Of a DNA stretch of 64,000 nt, positions 20,622 to 29,600 are shown piece by piece. Position 1 is the stretch's first letter. The number at the start of each line of letters is the position of its first letter. The position numbers and the translations under genes are program-made. The DNA is taken from contig JBGARZ010000008.1 of NCBI GenBank assembly GCA_044229975.1, forward strand, positions 256,001-320,000. Direction: 5' to 3'. The DNA is from Polyangiales bacterium (lineage in GTDB: Bacteria > Myxococcota_A > Polyangia > Polyangiales > Ga0077539). The notes beneath the pieces were generated by a model. The model was not told the origin of the DNA, searched no databases, and worked only from the letters and a program-made list of their open reading frames with translations.

Positions 20622-21424
20622 ACCCCGACCTGCAGTCCCTCGTCGACGCCACCCGCGACGCCGACGGCCCCCGCCCCGATGACCGCGAGCGCGTCCGCCG
20701 CGCGCTCGCCGCCCAGATCGGCGCGGCCGCCCTCCTCGCCTCGACCGCGGCCACCGGCTCGGCCAGCGCGGCGGGCGCGACGTCGGCCGTCACCGTCGCC
20801 GCCACCGTGACCACCGCCGCGAGTCTCTCGACCAAGCTCGCCGTCGTGGCGCTGCTCGTCGCGGGAGGCGTCGGCACCGTGGCCCTCACGCGCGCCGCCC
20901 GGCCGCGCGTCGTGACGGTGACCGTCCCATCGGTCCCTGACGAGCGGCCGCGTGCTCAGCCGGAGACCTCTGTGGGACGCTCGCCCGCGAGCACGATCAG
21001 CGCCCCGGCGACCGAGGCGCTGCACGTCGACGTTGCGCCCGCGCGCGTCGCGGTTCGCCCGCGGCGCGAAGCGACGGCGGTCGCTGCGCGCGTCGAACAG
21101 CCAGCACCGCCGTCTTCGCTCGTGGCGGAGTTGTCGCTCCTGCGTGCGGCACAAGGCGCGCTGCGAAGCGGCGGGGCAGACCATGCGCTCGACCTGCTCT
21201 CGCAGCATGCGTCGCGCTTCCCCGATGGTGCCTTGCGCGAAGAGCGGCTCGCGTTGCGCGTCGTCGCCCTCTGCGATGCGGGGCGGCGGGCGGAGGCGCG
21301 TGTGCTGGGCGAGGAGTTCGTTCGCGGGGCTCCGCGCTCGGTGCTGGTGGAGCGCGTGCGAGCGAGCTGCGTGGGAGCGGGCACCGTCGATTCGGTCACG
21401 GGCTCCGACCCCTCGCGGCACTGA
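20609..21424 (+). CDS. Putative membrane anti-sigma factor with C-terminal TPR-like domain
   Basis: Overlaps the sigma gene; Ala-rich N-terminus, TM helix, C-terminal 'HASRFPDGALREER..LC' motif. Confidence 0.75.
   Translation: MRDLNPDLQSLVDATRDADGPRPDDRERVRRALAAQIGAAALLASTAATGSASAAGATSAVTVAATVTTAASLSTKLAVVALLVAGGVGTVALTRAARPRVVTVTVPSVPDERPRAQPETSVGRSPASTISAPATEALHVDVAPARVAVRPRREATAVAARVEQPAPPSSLVAELSLLRAAQGALRSGGADHALDLLSQHASRFPDGALREERLALRVVALCDAGRRAEARVLGEEFVRGAPRSVLVERVRASCVGAGTVDSVTGSDPSRH
21396..21422 (+). promoter_or_regulatory. Putative ECF promoter TCACGG-N16-GCACT upstream of the Cys-rich lipoprotein gene
   Basis: Identical elements and spacing to 20005-20031; followed by an AAAGGAG RBS. 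Confidence 0.55.
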
Positions 21425-21465
21425 GCGGGTGGGCTTCGCTTCACATCGAACAAAGGAGACCGGTC

Positions 21466-22737
21466 ATGACACAACGAACCACTTCCCTGGGCACCGTCGG
21501 CGCGCTCGCGCTCGTCGCGTCGCTCGTCGGGGGCTGCCTCTTCGAGGTTCCATTCGGCAAGGATCGCCCCGACGGCGGTGGTAGCCCCGACGGCGGCGCT
21601 GCGGCGGCCTGCCGTCCATCGGGCTGCTCGGGACAGCTCTGCTCCGACACCGACGAGGCCTCCACCTGCGAGTGGCGCGAGCAGTACGCCTGCTATCGCA
21701 CCGCGACCTGCGAGCGGCAGTCCGACGGTCACTGCGGCTGGACGCCAACCACCGAGCTGACCTCCTGCCTCGCAGGCGGTGGACGGCCCGACGGCGGCGT
21801 CACTCCGCCCGTGTGCCGCACTCCCGATGGCCGGCCGCTCGCGGCGGGCGAGTCGTACAACGACGGCTGCAACGAGTGCCTGTGCACCGAGAGCGGCAGC
21901 ATCGCCTGCACCCGCCGCGCGTGCGTCGACGGCGGCGTAACCCCGCCCGTGTGCCGCACCCCCGACGGCCGGTCGCTGCGCGTCGGCGAGTCGTACTTCG
22001 ACGGATGCAACACCTGCGCGTGCCAGGCCAATGGCCTCCTCGCCTGCACCCTCCGCGCGTGCGAGGACGCGGGCTCTCCCACCGTGTGCCGCACCCCCGA
22101 TGGGCGGTCGCTGTCGGTCGGTGAGCGCTACTACGACGGCTGCAACTACTGCACGTGCGGCGCTGACGGCAGCTTCTCGTGCACCGAGCGGGCGTGCCCT
22201 GACGCGGGCATCCCCGTGGACGCGTGCCACCCGACCGGCTGCTCGGGACAGCTCTGCGCCGAGCACGATGTCGCCTCCACCTGCGAGTGGCGCGAGGAGT
22301 ACGCGTGCTACCGCAGCGCGACCTGCGCGCGACAGGCCGACGGCCTCTGCGGATGGACGCAGACCCCCGAGCTGCGCGCCTGCCTCACGGGGGGCCGCGT
22401 CGACGGCGGCGTGACGCCACCCGTGTGCCGCACGGCGGACGGCCGCACGCTGGCGGTGGGCGAGTCGTACAACGACGGGTGCAACGACTGCACGTGCACC
22501 GCGGGCGGCGGGTTCGCCTGCACCCGCCGGGCGTGCGTGGACGCTGGCATCCCCGTGGACGCGTGCCGCCCGACGGGCTGCTCGGGGCAGATCTGCGCGG
22601 AGCATGCCGTCGCCTCGACCTGCGAGTGGCGCGAGGAGTACGCCTGCTACCGCAGCGCGACCTGCGAGCGCCAGCCCAGCGGCCTCTGCGGTTGGACCCA
22701 GACCCCCGCGCTGCGCGCCTGCCTCGGCACGCCCTGA
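21466..22737 (+). CDS. Cys-rich lipoprotein with four pacifastin-like and three eight-cysteine-cluster-like domains
   Basis: 4x C...DGCNxCxC...G..xCTxRAC and 3x GCSGQ(L/I)C...STCEW...C...C...G.CGW. Confidence 0.8.
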   Translation: MTQRTTSLGTVGALALVASLVGGCLFEVPFGKDRPDGGGSPDGGAAAACRPSGCSGQLCSDTDEASTCEWREQYACYRTATCERQSDGHCGWTPTTELTSCLAGGGRPDGGVTPPVCRTPDGRPLAAGESYNDGCNECLCTESGSIACTRRACVDGGVTPPVCRTPDGRSLRVGESYFDGCNTCACQANGLLACTLRACEDAGSPTVCRTPDGRSLSVGERYYDGCNYCTCGADGSFSCTERACPDAGIPVDACHPTGCSGQLCAEHDVASTCEWREEYACYRSATCARQADGLCGWTQTPELRACLTGGRVDGGVTPPVCRTADGRTLAVGESYNDGCNDCTCTAGGGFACTRRACVDAGIPVDACRPTGCSGQICAEHAVASTCEWREEYACYRSATCERQPSGLCGWTQTPALRACLGTP

Positions 22738-23031
22738 TCAATCAGTCAGCACGTACCCCGACGCGTCCATGTCGACGCGATCCTTCGACCGGAACACCAC
22801 TCCCTCGGCGCGCAGCAGTCGCATCTGACGCGCCCTCACCTCCGGCGCGCACGACCCGTCCGCGCGCAACACCCGCCACCACTTCGCCTCTCCGCCCCAG
22901 GTGGACATCACCCGCGCGACCATGCGGGGCCCTGGTCCGCCCAGGTACGCCGAGATGTCCCCGTAGGACATGACCCGCCCACTCGGGATCGCGTCGACGA
23001 GGTCGAGCACCTCCCGCGCGAACGGGGTCAT
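22738..23031 (-). CDS. Alkyltransferase-like (ATL/MGMT family) DNA-binding protein
   Basis: IPSGRVMSYGDI, PRMVAR, WWRV in place of the catalytic PCHRV; start may be slightly upstream. Confidence 0.88.
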   Translation of the reverse strand: MTPFAREVLDLVDAIPSGRVMSYGDISAYLGGPGPRMVARVMSTWGGEAKWWRVLRADGSCAPEVRARQMRLLRAEGVVFRSKDRVDMDASGYVLTD

Positions 23032-23084
23032 CCCCCCGGGGAGATCTTCCGGCGATGCGCCCGGTCGAAGCTTCACGGTGAGCG

Positions 23085-25133
23085 CTACGGCTGGAGCGGC
23101 GCCATCGAGAAGTCGCCGCCGCGGTAGATGCCGACCTTGCGGTTGTTCTCCGTGCCGAGCAGCGAGCAGTTGCCCTGCGCCGCGTACACGTTGCTGGTGC
23201 CGTCGGTGTGGAGGCAGAAGTTGAACGCCGCGCTGTGCAACCGCAGCGGGAAGTTCGGATCGAAGCCGCCCTGGTCGTAGCGCTCCAGGGTCCACTGCTG
23301 GCTGCTGTTGGCGGTGTCGCAGGCCGCCATGCCGATGGTGCCCACCCAGCTCACCGCGGTGAGGCAGCGCATCGTCCCCAGGTTGCGAAACGCCCGCCGA
23401 CCGCTGCCCACGTCGATCACCTCCCAGCGCTGGCTGGCATGCGCCGCCTCGCAGGTGGCGCTGGAGTGGAGCGCCGTGCCGTCGTCGTAGAGGCAACGCC
23501 CCGCTCGCACCTTGATCAGCGAGAACGCCGGCGTGCCCATCGGCGTCGTGTCGCAGGCGTCGCCCTGCCCGTCCATGTCCGCGTCGGCCTGCGTGGCGTT
23601 GGCCGCCATCGGGCAGTTGTCCCTCGCGTCCGCGACACCGTCGCCGTCGCCATCGGGGTCGTTGGCGCTGTCGCACGCGTCGCCCATGCCATCGTGGTCG
23701 GCGTCCTCCTGCGCGGCGTTGGCCACCATCGGGCAGTTGTCCCCCGCATCCGGGACACCGTCCCGATCGCCATCGGTCACGCTGGTCGAGTTGTCGCACG
23801 CGTCGCCTTCGCGATCGAAGTCGGCGTTGGCCTGCGTGGGGTTCGCGACCATCGGGCAGTTGTCGTAGTCGTCGAAGACGCCGTCGCCGTCGCTGTCCAC
23901 GAGGGGCGTCGGGGTCGGCGGGCAGCCGCCCGGCTCGCAGCTCCAGTCGGGGAAGCGATAGTTCACCAGCAGGTTGCCCGGCGCGCACATCTCCTGCTCG
24001 AAGGGGTCGGTCGAGCAGGCGATGGAGAAGTAGCTGCCGGGGCCGCGCACCGAGTCGCGGATCACCACACGCGAGATGGCCGTGCCCGCGAAGTCGCCGC
24101 CGAGCGTGACGGTGCCGCTCTCGGAGCCGTCGCCGCCGAAGTCGGTGTCCTGCGAGATGATGCCGTCGCCCACGAGGCGCACCGGCGACATCCGCGTGGC
24201 CATCGGGTCGGTGCCGCGCGGGTCGCGCGCGTAGTCGTGCACCGGGATCATCACCGTGTTGTCGCAGCCCCGGTAGGTGAAGCGGCTGATGGCGCGCAGA
24301 CCGCTGAGGGAGACGTCCCACTCGACGGTACCGCCGTGCTCACAGTTGCCGCGCCAGTTGTTGGGGCCGCTCGGGTTGCGGCAGCCGTTGAGGCTGCACT
24401 GGATCTCGTCCTTCCACGCGACAAACGCCCGCGCGAGGGTGCCGTTGGTCCACGGGAGCGCGAGGGCGCCGCGCGGCGTCGGGTCGCACGCGTTGCCGAT
24501 GCCGTCGTGGTCGTCGTCGCCCTGGTTGACGTTCCAGACGCGGATGCAGTTGTCGGCGGCGTCGGGTCGGCCGTCGTGGTCTTCGTCGGGCGCGCCCGCG
24601 GCCTCGCAGGCGTCGCCGATCATGTTCATGTTGGCGTCGGCCTGGTCGCGGTTGGCCTGCGTGGGGCAGTTGTCCCGGTTGTCGGGCGCGCCATCACCGT
24701 CGGTGTCGGGCTCGGGCTGCGTGCAGTCGAGGGTGAAGTTGCCCGCCACGGTCTGCACCACGACCCGGTCAGCGACGGGCCAGCCGAACGCGAGCTTGAT
24801 GCCACGAATCGCCGTCGCCGACGTGTCACCCGCGCAGTCGAGGCGGATGACGTGGTCGGGCGCGAGCCACGCGGCCGTCCCACCAACGCATTGGCCGTCC
24901 TGGATGTCGGGCATGGTGCCGTCGGTGGTGAAGCACACCGACCGCTCGGTGATCGCCCCGATGCGCACGGCACCCGTCGGCGCGTGGAAGTTGTGCCCCG
25001 GCCGCGGGTCGAAGATCTCCGCGGGCGACGGAACCTCCGTCGGCGCCTCGCAGCCCGCGCCGAGCGCAAGCGTGAGCGCCACCAGGGTGGCACCCATCGT
25101 CCCGCGCAAACCAGACGTCACGACGCGCAGCAT
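23085..25133 (-). CDS. Lipoprotein with thrombospondin type-3 repeats and C-terminal ricin-B lectin domain
   Basis: Repeated DxDGDG...DNCP...NxxQxDxD.DG.GDAC; QRW/QQW ricin motifs. Confidence 0.88.
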   Translation of the reverse strand: MLRVVTSGLRGTMGATLVALTLALGAGCEAPTEVPSPAEIFDPRPGHNFHAPTGAVRIGAITERSVCFTTDGTMPDIQDGQCVGGTAAWLAPDHVIRLDCAGDTSATAIRGIKLAFGWPVADRVVVQTVAGNFTLDCTQPEPDTDGDGAPDNRDNCPTQANRDQADANMNMIGDACEAAGAPDEDHDGRPDAADNCIRVWNVNQGDDDHDGIGNACDPTPRGALALPWTNGTLARAFVAWKDEIQCSLNGCRNPSGPNNWRGNCEHGGTVEWDVSLSGLRAISRFTYRGCDNTVMIPVHDYARDPRGTDPMATRMSPVRLVGDGIISQDTDFGGDGSESGTVTLGGDFAGTAISRVVIRDSVRGPGSYFSIACSTDPFEQEMCAPGNLLVNYRFPDWSCEPGGCPPTPTPLVDSDGDGVFDDYDNCPMVANPTQANADFDREGDACDNSTSVTDGDRDGVPDAGDNCPMVANAAQEDADHDGMGDACDSANDPDGDGDGVADARDNCPMAANATQADADMDGQGDACDTTPMGTPAFSLIKVRAGRCLYDDGTALHSSATCEAAHASQRWEVIDVGSGRRAFRNLGTMRCLTAVSWVGTIGMAACDTANSSQQWTLERYDQGGFDPNFPLRLHSAAFNFCLHTDGTSNVYAAQGNCSLLGTENNRKVGIYRGGDFSMAPLQP

Positions 25134-25283
25134 GTTGGGGGGCCCACGTTACGTTCGTCGGCGGGCCCGTGTCAGCGCCCGCGTGGTGGGGAAAACTTTG
25201 TTTGGGTGCCTGCGCTGGGCGTCGGCGCGCCGCGGCTCAACTATTTGCCCGCCGCGGGCGCGCTGACCTACGAAGCGCCCACC

Positions 25284-25943
25284 ATGTCGCTCGCCCTCTA
25301 CGGACATTGCTTCTCGTCGTACACGCAGAAGGTGCTCATCGCGCTGTACGAAAACGGCACGGTGTTCGAGTTTCGCAGCATCGGGCCCGACACGCCGGAG
25401 CACGCGGCCGAGTGGCTGCGGCGCTGGCCGTTGCGGAAGTTCCCGCTGCTGGTGGACGGCGATCGCAGCGTCGTCGAGACGAGCATCATCATCGAGCACC
25501 TCCAGCTCATGCACCCTGGTCCGGTGCGGCTGCTGCCCGCCGACCCGATGGCCGCGCTGGACGTGCGCTTCCTCGACCGCTTCTTCGACCTGCACGTGAT
25601 GAACGCCGCGCAGCACGCCGTCGACGGCGCGCTGACGGGTGACCCGGTGAAGCGCCGAGACGGCATGTCGCTCGCTGTCGAGAAGCTCGAACGTGCCTAC
25701 GGGTGGCTCGAAGGGCACCTCGCCGGCCGCACCTGGGCCGCTGGCGATGAGTTCACGATGGCGGACTGCGCGGCGGCGCCGTCGCTCTTCTACGCTGACT
25801 GGACGCACCGCATCTCGGAGGCGCATCCCGTGCTGCGCGCCTACCGGGCGCGGTTGCTCGCCCGGCCGTCGTTTGCGCGCGCGGTGGACGAGGCGCGGTG
25901 GTTTCGACCGAACTTCCCGCTGGGAGCGCCGGACCGCGATTGA
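25284..25943 (+). CDS. Glutathione S-transferase family protein
   Basis: MSLALYGHCFSSYTQK, KFPLL, ETSII, FTMADC. Confidence 0.9.
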   Translation: MSLALYGHCFSSYTQKVLIALYENGTVFEFRSIGPDTPEHAAEWLRRWPLRKFPLLVDGDRSVVETSIIIEHLQLMHPGPVRLLPADPMAALDVRFLDRFFDLHVMNAAQHAVDGALTGDPVKRRDGMSLAVEKLERAYGWLEGHLAGRTWAAGDEFTMADCAAAPSLFYADWTHRISEAHPVLRAYRARLLARPSFARAVDEARWFRPNFPLGAPDRD

Positions 25944-26018
25944 GGCTACGGCGCCGGGCGGTCACACCCACCGGCCGCGCGACCGTTACCCCTTTGGACC
26001 TCCGACCGCGGGCGGTCT

Positions 26019-26845
26019 CTACAACGTCTGGAGGTATGCGGTCAGATCGCTGATCTGCATGGGCGTGAGCCCAGAGGTGCGGCCGTGGCGATCGCCGCCG
26101 CCCGATGGCTCGAATCGCTCTCGCAGCGTAGCCGCGCGGCCATCGTGGAGGTACGGGGCGCGGGCCGCGAGCCCCCTCAGCGACGGCACCTGAAACGCGC
26201 CGCCCGTGCCCACGTCGACGGTCTGGTTGTTCGTCAGCGCGGGGCCGCCGTGGCAGGTGGCGCAGGCCACCGTCGCGTCGTGGAAGAGGGCGTCGCCGCG
26301 CGCGACCGAGAGGTCGTCATCGGCCGGGGAGCGCGGGATCGTCGGTCGAGCTCCGGGTCGGCGGCGACGGCGGCGTGTCCGTCGCGCGTCACGAGCAGCG
26401 TGCCCCCGCTGATGGCCGGGAGCTGCGGCGTCGAGGTGATCGTGCGCGCGGGCGACGACGGCCTGAACCGGGACGGAGCGATGGGCGGTCGTGCGGGCGG
26501 TGGTGCGACGGCGGTCGCCGCGACGCGCGACGGAGCTCGCAGTGGCGACCGCAGCGGTGCAGGTGCCCCATCGGACTCGTGCTGGAGCAACAGATATTGC
26601 ACGGTGTCCAAGCCGCTGATGCGATCGCGAACGGCGAAGCGGCCGCCCCGCGAGGTCGCGGCATCGACGCAAGCGTTGGCGGCTGAGAGCGTCGCTTCCT
26701 CACCGTTCAGGTCGCTACCGTTCACGCACACGACGGCGTCCGACACGACGCGGCTTGCGAGGTCGTCGAACGTCTCACACTGGTCGCCGCACCCAAAGAG
26801 GGTGATGACCGCGAAGGCCCAGAGGCGCCAGGCGGTTGTCGACAT
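26019..26845 (-). pseudogene. Disrupted c-type cytochrome lipoprotein (cytochrome c peroxidase-like C-terminal domain)
   Basis: N-part (lipobox LFGC; PAISGGTLLVTRDG...AADPELDR) and C-part (CATCH, VPSLRG, APYLHDG) are in different frames, joining near 26340. Confidence 0.7.
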
Positions 26846-26909
26846 GGCGAGGAGGGTTACCCCGATCGCGGGTCGATCGATGAAGTCGGCCCGTGATAGA
26901 ACCGACCTC

Positions 26910-27641
26910 ATGGATGCCGCGAAGCACCTGTCTGCACCGGTGATCTACCCGGAGACGGACGACATGGGGGAGCACGAGACGCAGTTCCATATCGCCCATC
27001 TGCTTGTGCCGTTGCTGAAAGCGGTTCTGGCGGCGCAGGGTCGGGTGGCGCGCGTCGCTGGCAATCAGTTCTGGTACTTCGCGAAAGGTCAGCCCCAGCG
27101 CTGCCGAGCGCCCGACGTCTACGTGGTCGACGGCGTCGCCGCGAGCGAGCCCGACCGCGCGAGCTGGTTCACCTGGGAGGGACACCACCCGGCCTTCGCG
27201 CTCGAAGTGGTCAGCGCGAAGTGGCAGAAGGACTACGACGACGCCCCGGGTGACTACGAGGCGATGCGCGCGGATGAGGTCATCGTCTTCGACCCGGGCG
27301 CGCGACCGCGGAGCCAACGGCGCGTGCGCTGGCAGGTCTTCCGGCGCGTGCGGGGTCGCGGGCTCGTGCCGGTGTTCGCGGGTGGCGGTGACCGCGTGGA
27401 GTCACGTGCGCTCGGAGCGTGGGTTCGCCTCGTCGACGACGCGGGTCATCCGCGACTGCGCGTCGCCACCGGCCCTCACGGCGACGAACTCCTGCCCACC
27501 GACGCTGAGCGCGCCGACGCCGAACGCGCCCGCGCCGAAGCCGCCCTCGCTCTTGCGAGCGTCGAGCGCGCTCGCGCCGAAGCCGCCGAGGCCGAGCTCG
27601 CCCGCCTGCGCTCCACCGCTCCTCGCCGCCGCGGCCGATAG
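26910..27641 (+). CDS. Uma2 (DUF820) family endonuclease-like protein
   Basis: YPETDDMGE, APDVYVV, LEVVS...KDY, FDP; ERARAE coiled-coil tail. Confidence 0.88.
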   Translation: MDAAKHLSAPVIYPETDDMGEHETQFHIAHLLVPLLKAVLAAQGRVARVAGNQFWYFAKGQPQRCRAPDVYVVDGVAASEPDRASWFTWEGHHPAFALEVVSAKWQKDYDDAPGDYEAMRADEVIVFDPGARPRSQRRVRWQVFRRVRGRGLVPVFAGGGDRVESRALGAWVRLVDDAGHPRLRVATGPHGDELLPTDAERADAERARAEAALALASVERARAEAAEAELARLRSTAPRRRGR

Positions 27642-27655
27642 CGACGCGCCGCCCG

Positions 27656-28489
27656 CTACAGATCGATCTGCTCGACCTCGTCCACCGGGTGTCCCAGGAA
27701 GCGCGACGCCACCTCCGCGAAGCTCTGCGGCCGATCGGTGACCAGCATCCGCAGCGCCCCTTCGCCCGCCTTCGCCGCGCCCAGTCCGCGCGTCTCCAGA
27801 AAGCCCTTGAGCTCCTCCGCCGTCGCCTCGGCGCTGTCCACCACCGCCGCGTCCGGACCCAGCACCCGCTTCGCCTCGACGGTGATGGTCTCGCGCAGCA
27901 CCGGGTAGTGCGTGCACCCGAGCACCACCACGTCGACGTCGCACGACGCCAGCGTCTCCAGGTACCTCGCCACCGCCAGCCGCGGGACCTCGCCCTCCAG
28001 CCACCCCTCCTCCACCAGCGGAACCAGCAACGGCGCCGCCCGCCCGAACACCTCCGTGCGCGACGAGCGCGACGCGATGGCCCGCGGGTACGCGCCCGAC
28101 GCCACCGTCCCCGCCGTCGCCAGCACCCCCACGCGATGCCTTCGGGTGGCCGCAACGGCCGCACCCGCACCGGGCTCGATGACGCCCAGCACGGGCAGGT
28201 CGAGCTCGACGCGCAGCATGTCGAGGGCCACCGCGCTCACCGTGTTGCACGCCACCACGAGGAGCTTGATGCCGCGCGACACCAGCGCCCGCGCGCACGC
28301 CCGGGAGTAGCGCAGCACCGTCTGTGCCGAGCGCGTCCCGTACGGAACGCGCGCCGTGTCGCCGAGGTACAGCACGTCTTCTTGAGGGCACATGCGCCGG
28401 ATCTGGCGCACCACCGTGAGGCCCCCGAGCCCGGAGTCGAAGACCCCGATGGGGAGCGCGCGGCGCGGGTCGCTGGCCTGGTCGCTCAA
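27656..28489 (-). CDS. murI: Glutamate racemase
   Basis: IGVFDSGLGGLTV, GDTARVPYG, VACNT, LGCTHYP; TTG start overlaps the upstream stop (TTGA). Confidence 0.96.
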   Translation of the reverse strand: MSDQASDPRRALPIGVFDSGLGGLTVVRQIRRMCPQEDVLYLGDTARVPYGTRSAQTVLRYSRACARALVSRGIKLLVVACNTVSAVALDMLRVELDLPVLGVIEPGAGAAVAATRRHRVGVLATAGTVASGAYPRAIASRSSRTEVFGRAAPLLVPLVEEGWLEGEVPRLAVARYLETLASCDVDVVVLGCTHYPVLRETITVEAKRVLGPDAAVVDSAEATAEELKGFLETRGLGAAKAGEGALRMLVTDRPQSFAEVASRFLGHPVDEVEQIDL

Positions 28490-29547
28490 GGGGCGCGCAG
28501 GGGTTCGTGGTTGACCGTGATGAGCACGTCCGGCGGAACCTTCACCGCCACCTCGGACAGCAGCGAGAGGCCCGCCGCGCCCATGGCCACCGCGGCCGTC
28601 GTGCGGAAGCCCCACACCTGCGCGTAGTACGTCGCGTCGGCCGAGGGCGGGAGCTGCAACGCGAGGTAGAGCCCGTTGCTGCTCGTCGACGAAAACGCCG
28701 TGCGCCGCGCCGGGAGCTGCGGCGTCGGGGAGAAGTAGTAGATCTGCGCGCTCGGCACGAAGGTCGGGCGGGCGTTGCTCGTGCGCGACGAGGTCGACGA
28801 GATGGTCGCGATGGCGCCGATGAGGTCGCGGCCCATGCAGTCGGTGGCGTTGCCCGCGATGATGCCGGTGCCCATGCGCCGACTCTGGCCGAGCAGCGTC
28901 GCGAGCAGGCTGGCGGTGCCGTTGTCGACGGAGTTGCGGTTGCTGCGCGTGATGGGACCGCCCGCGAGGTTGACGGTGTCGTTGACGAGGTAGGTATCGA
29001 GCGTTCCAGACGAGCGCACCCGCCACGAGAGCGGACCCATCGTGCCCGTCGGGACCATCACCGTGTACTCGCCCATCGCATTGGACGTCGCCGTCGCGAG
29101 CGGCGCACCCAGGTAGTTGAGCCCCGAGAACACGTCGACCGTCGCGCCCGCGACGCTGTCGCCCGTGACGAAGTCACCGACGGTTCCGGAGATGGAGAGC
29201 GCCGCCGTGGTGGTGGTCACGGCCGGCAGGTCGCAGTTGAAGTCCGGCGCGATCATCGGCATCGCCGTGCCGCCATTGGCCATCACCGCGGCGGTGGGCA
29301 GCTCGAAGCACGCCGCGCCGCCCTCGCGGCCGCAGGTCGGCGGGCCCGCGTCGACCGTCCCCACGTCCGCGGGGCCAGTGTCGGCGACGGTGTTGCCGGC
29401 GTCGGTTCCGGTGTCGACGGGGTTGCCCGCGTCGACGGCGCCAGTGTCCACGGGGGTGGTGCCCGAGTCGGTGGTGGTGGCGGGGTCGCTGCTGCACGCG
29501 GACAGGGCGAGGGCGGCAAAGACGAGGGCGGTGTGCCTGACGATCAC
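28486..29547 (-). CDS. Lipoprotein with carboxypeptidase-regulatory-like beta-sandwich domains
   Basis: Lipobox LSAC, DAG/DTG linker, 'ISGTVGDFVTG..VAGATV' motif; start uncertain. Confidence 0.7.
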   Translation of the reverse strand: MIVRHTALVFAALALSACSSDPATTTDSGTTPVDTGAVDAGNPVDTGTDAGNTVADTGPADVGTVDAGPPTCGREGGAACFELPTAAVMANGGTAMPMIAPDFNCDLPAVTTTTAALSISGTVGDFVTGDSVAGATVDVFSGLNYLGAPLATATSNAMGEYTVMVPTGTMGPLSWRVRSSGTLDTYLVNDTVNLAGGPITRSNRNSVDNGTASLLATLLGQSRRMGTGIIAGNATDCMGRDLIGAIATISSTSSRTSNARPTFVPSAQIYYFSPTPQLPARRTAFSSTSSNGLYLALQLPPSADATYYAQVWGFRTTAAVAMGAAGLSLLSEVAVKVPPDVLITVNHEPLRAP

Positions 29548-29600
29548 GGGGTTGCTCCGATGCTGAAGGGTGGAAGTGGTTACCGGGGACAGTAAGAAAC

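Noticed and set aside
23208..25943. 911-aa ORF suggesting a giant GST fusion
   Set aside because: The first ~690 codons are the antisense shadow of the TSP3/ricin gene; the real GST starts at 25284.
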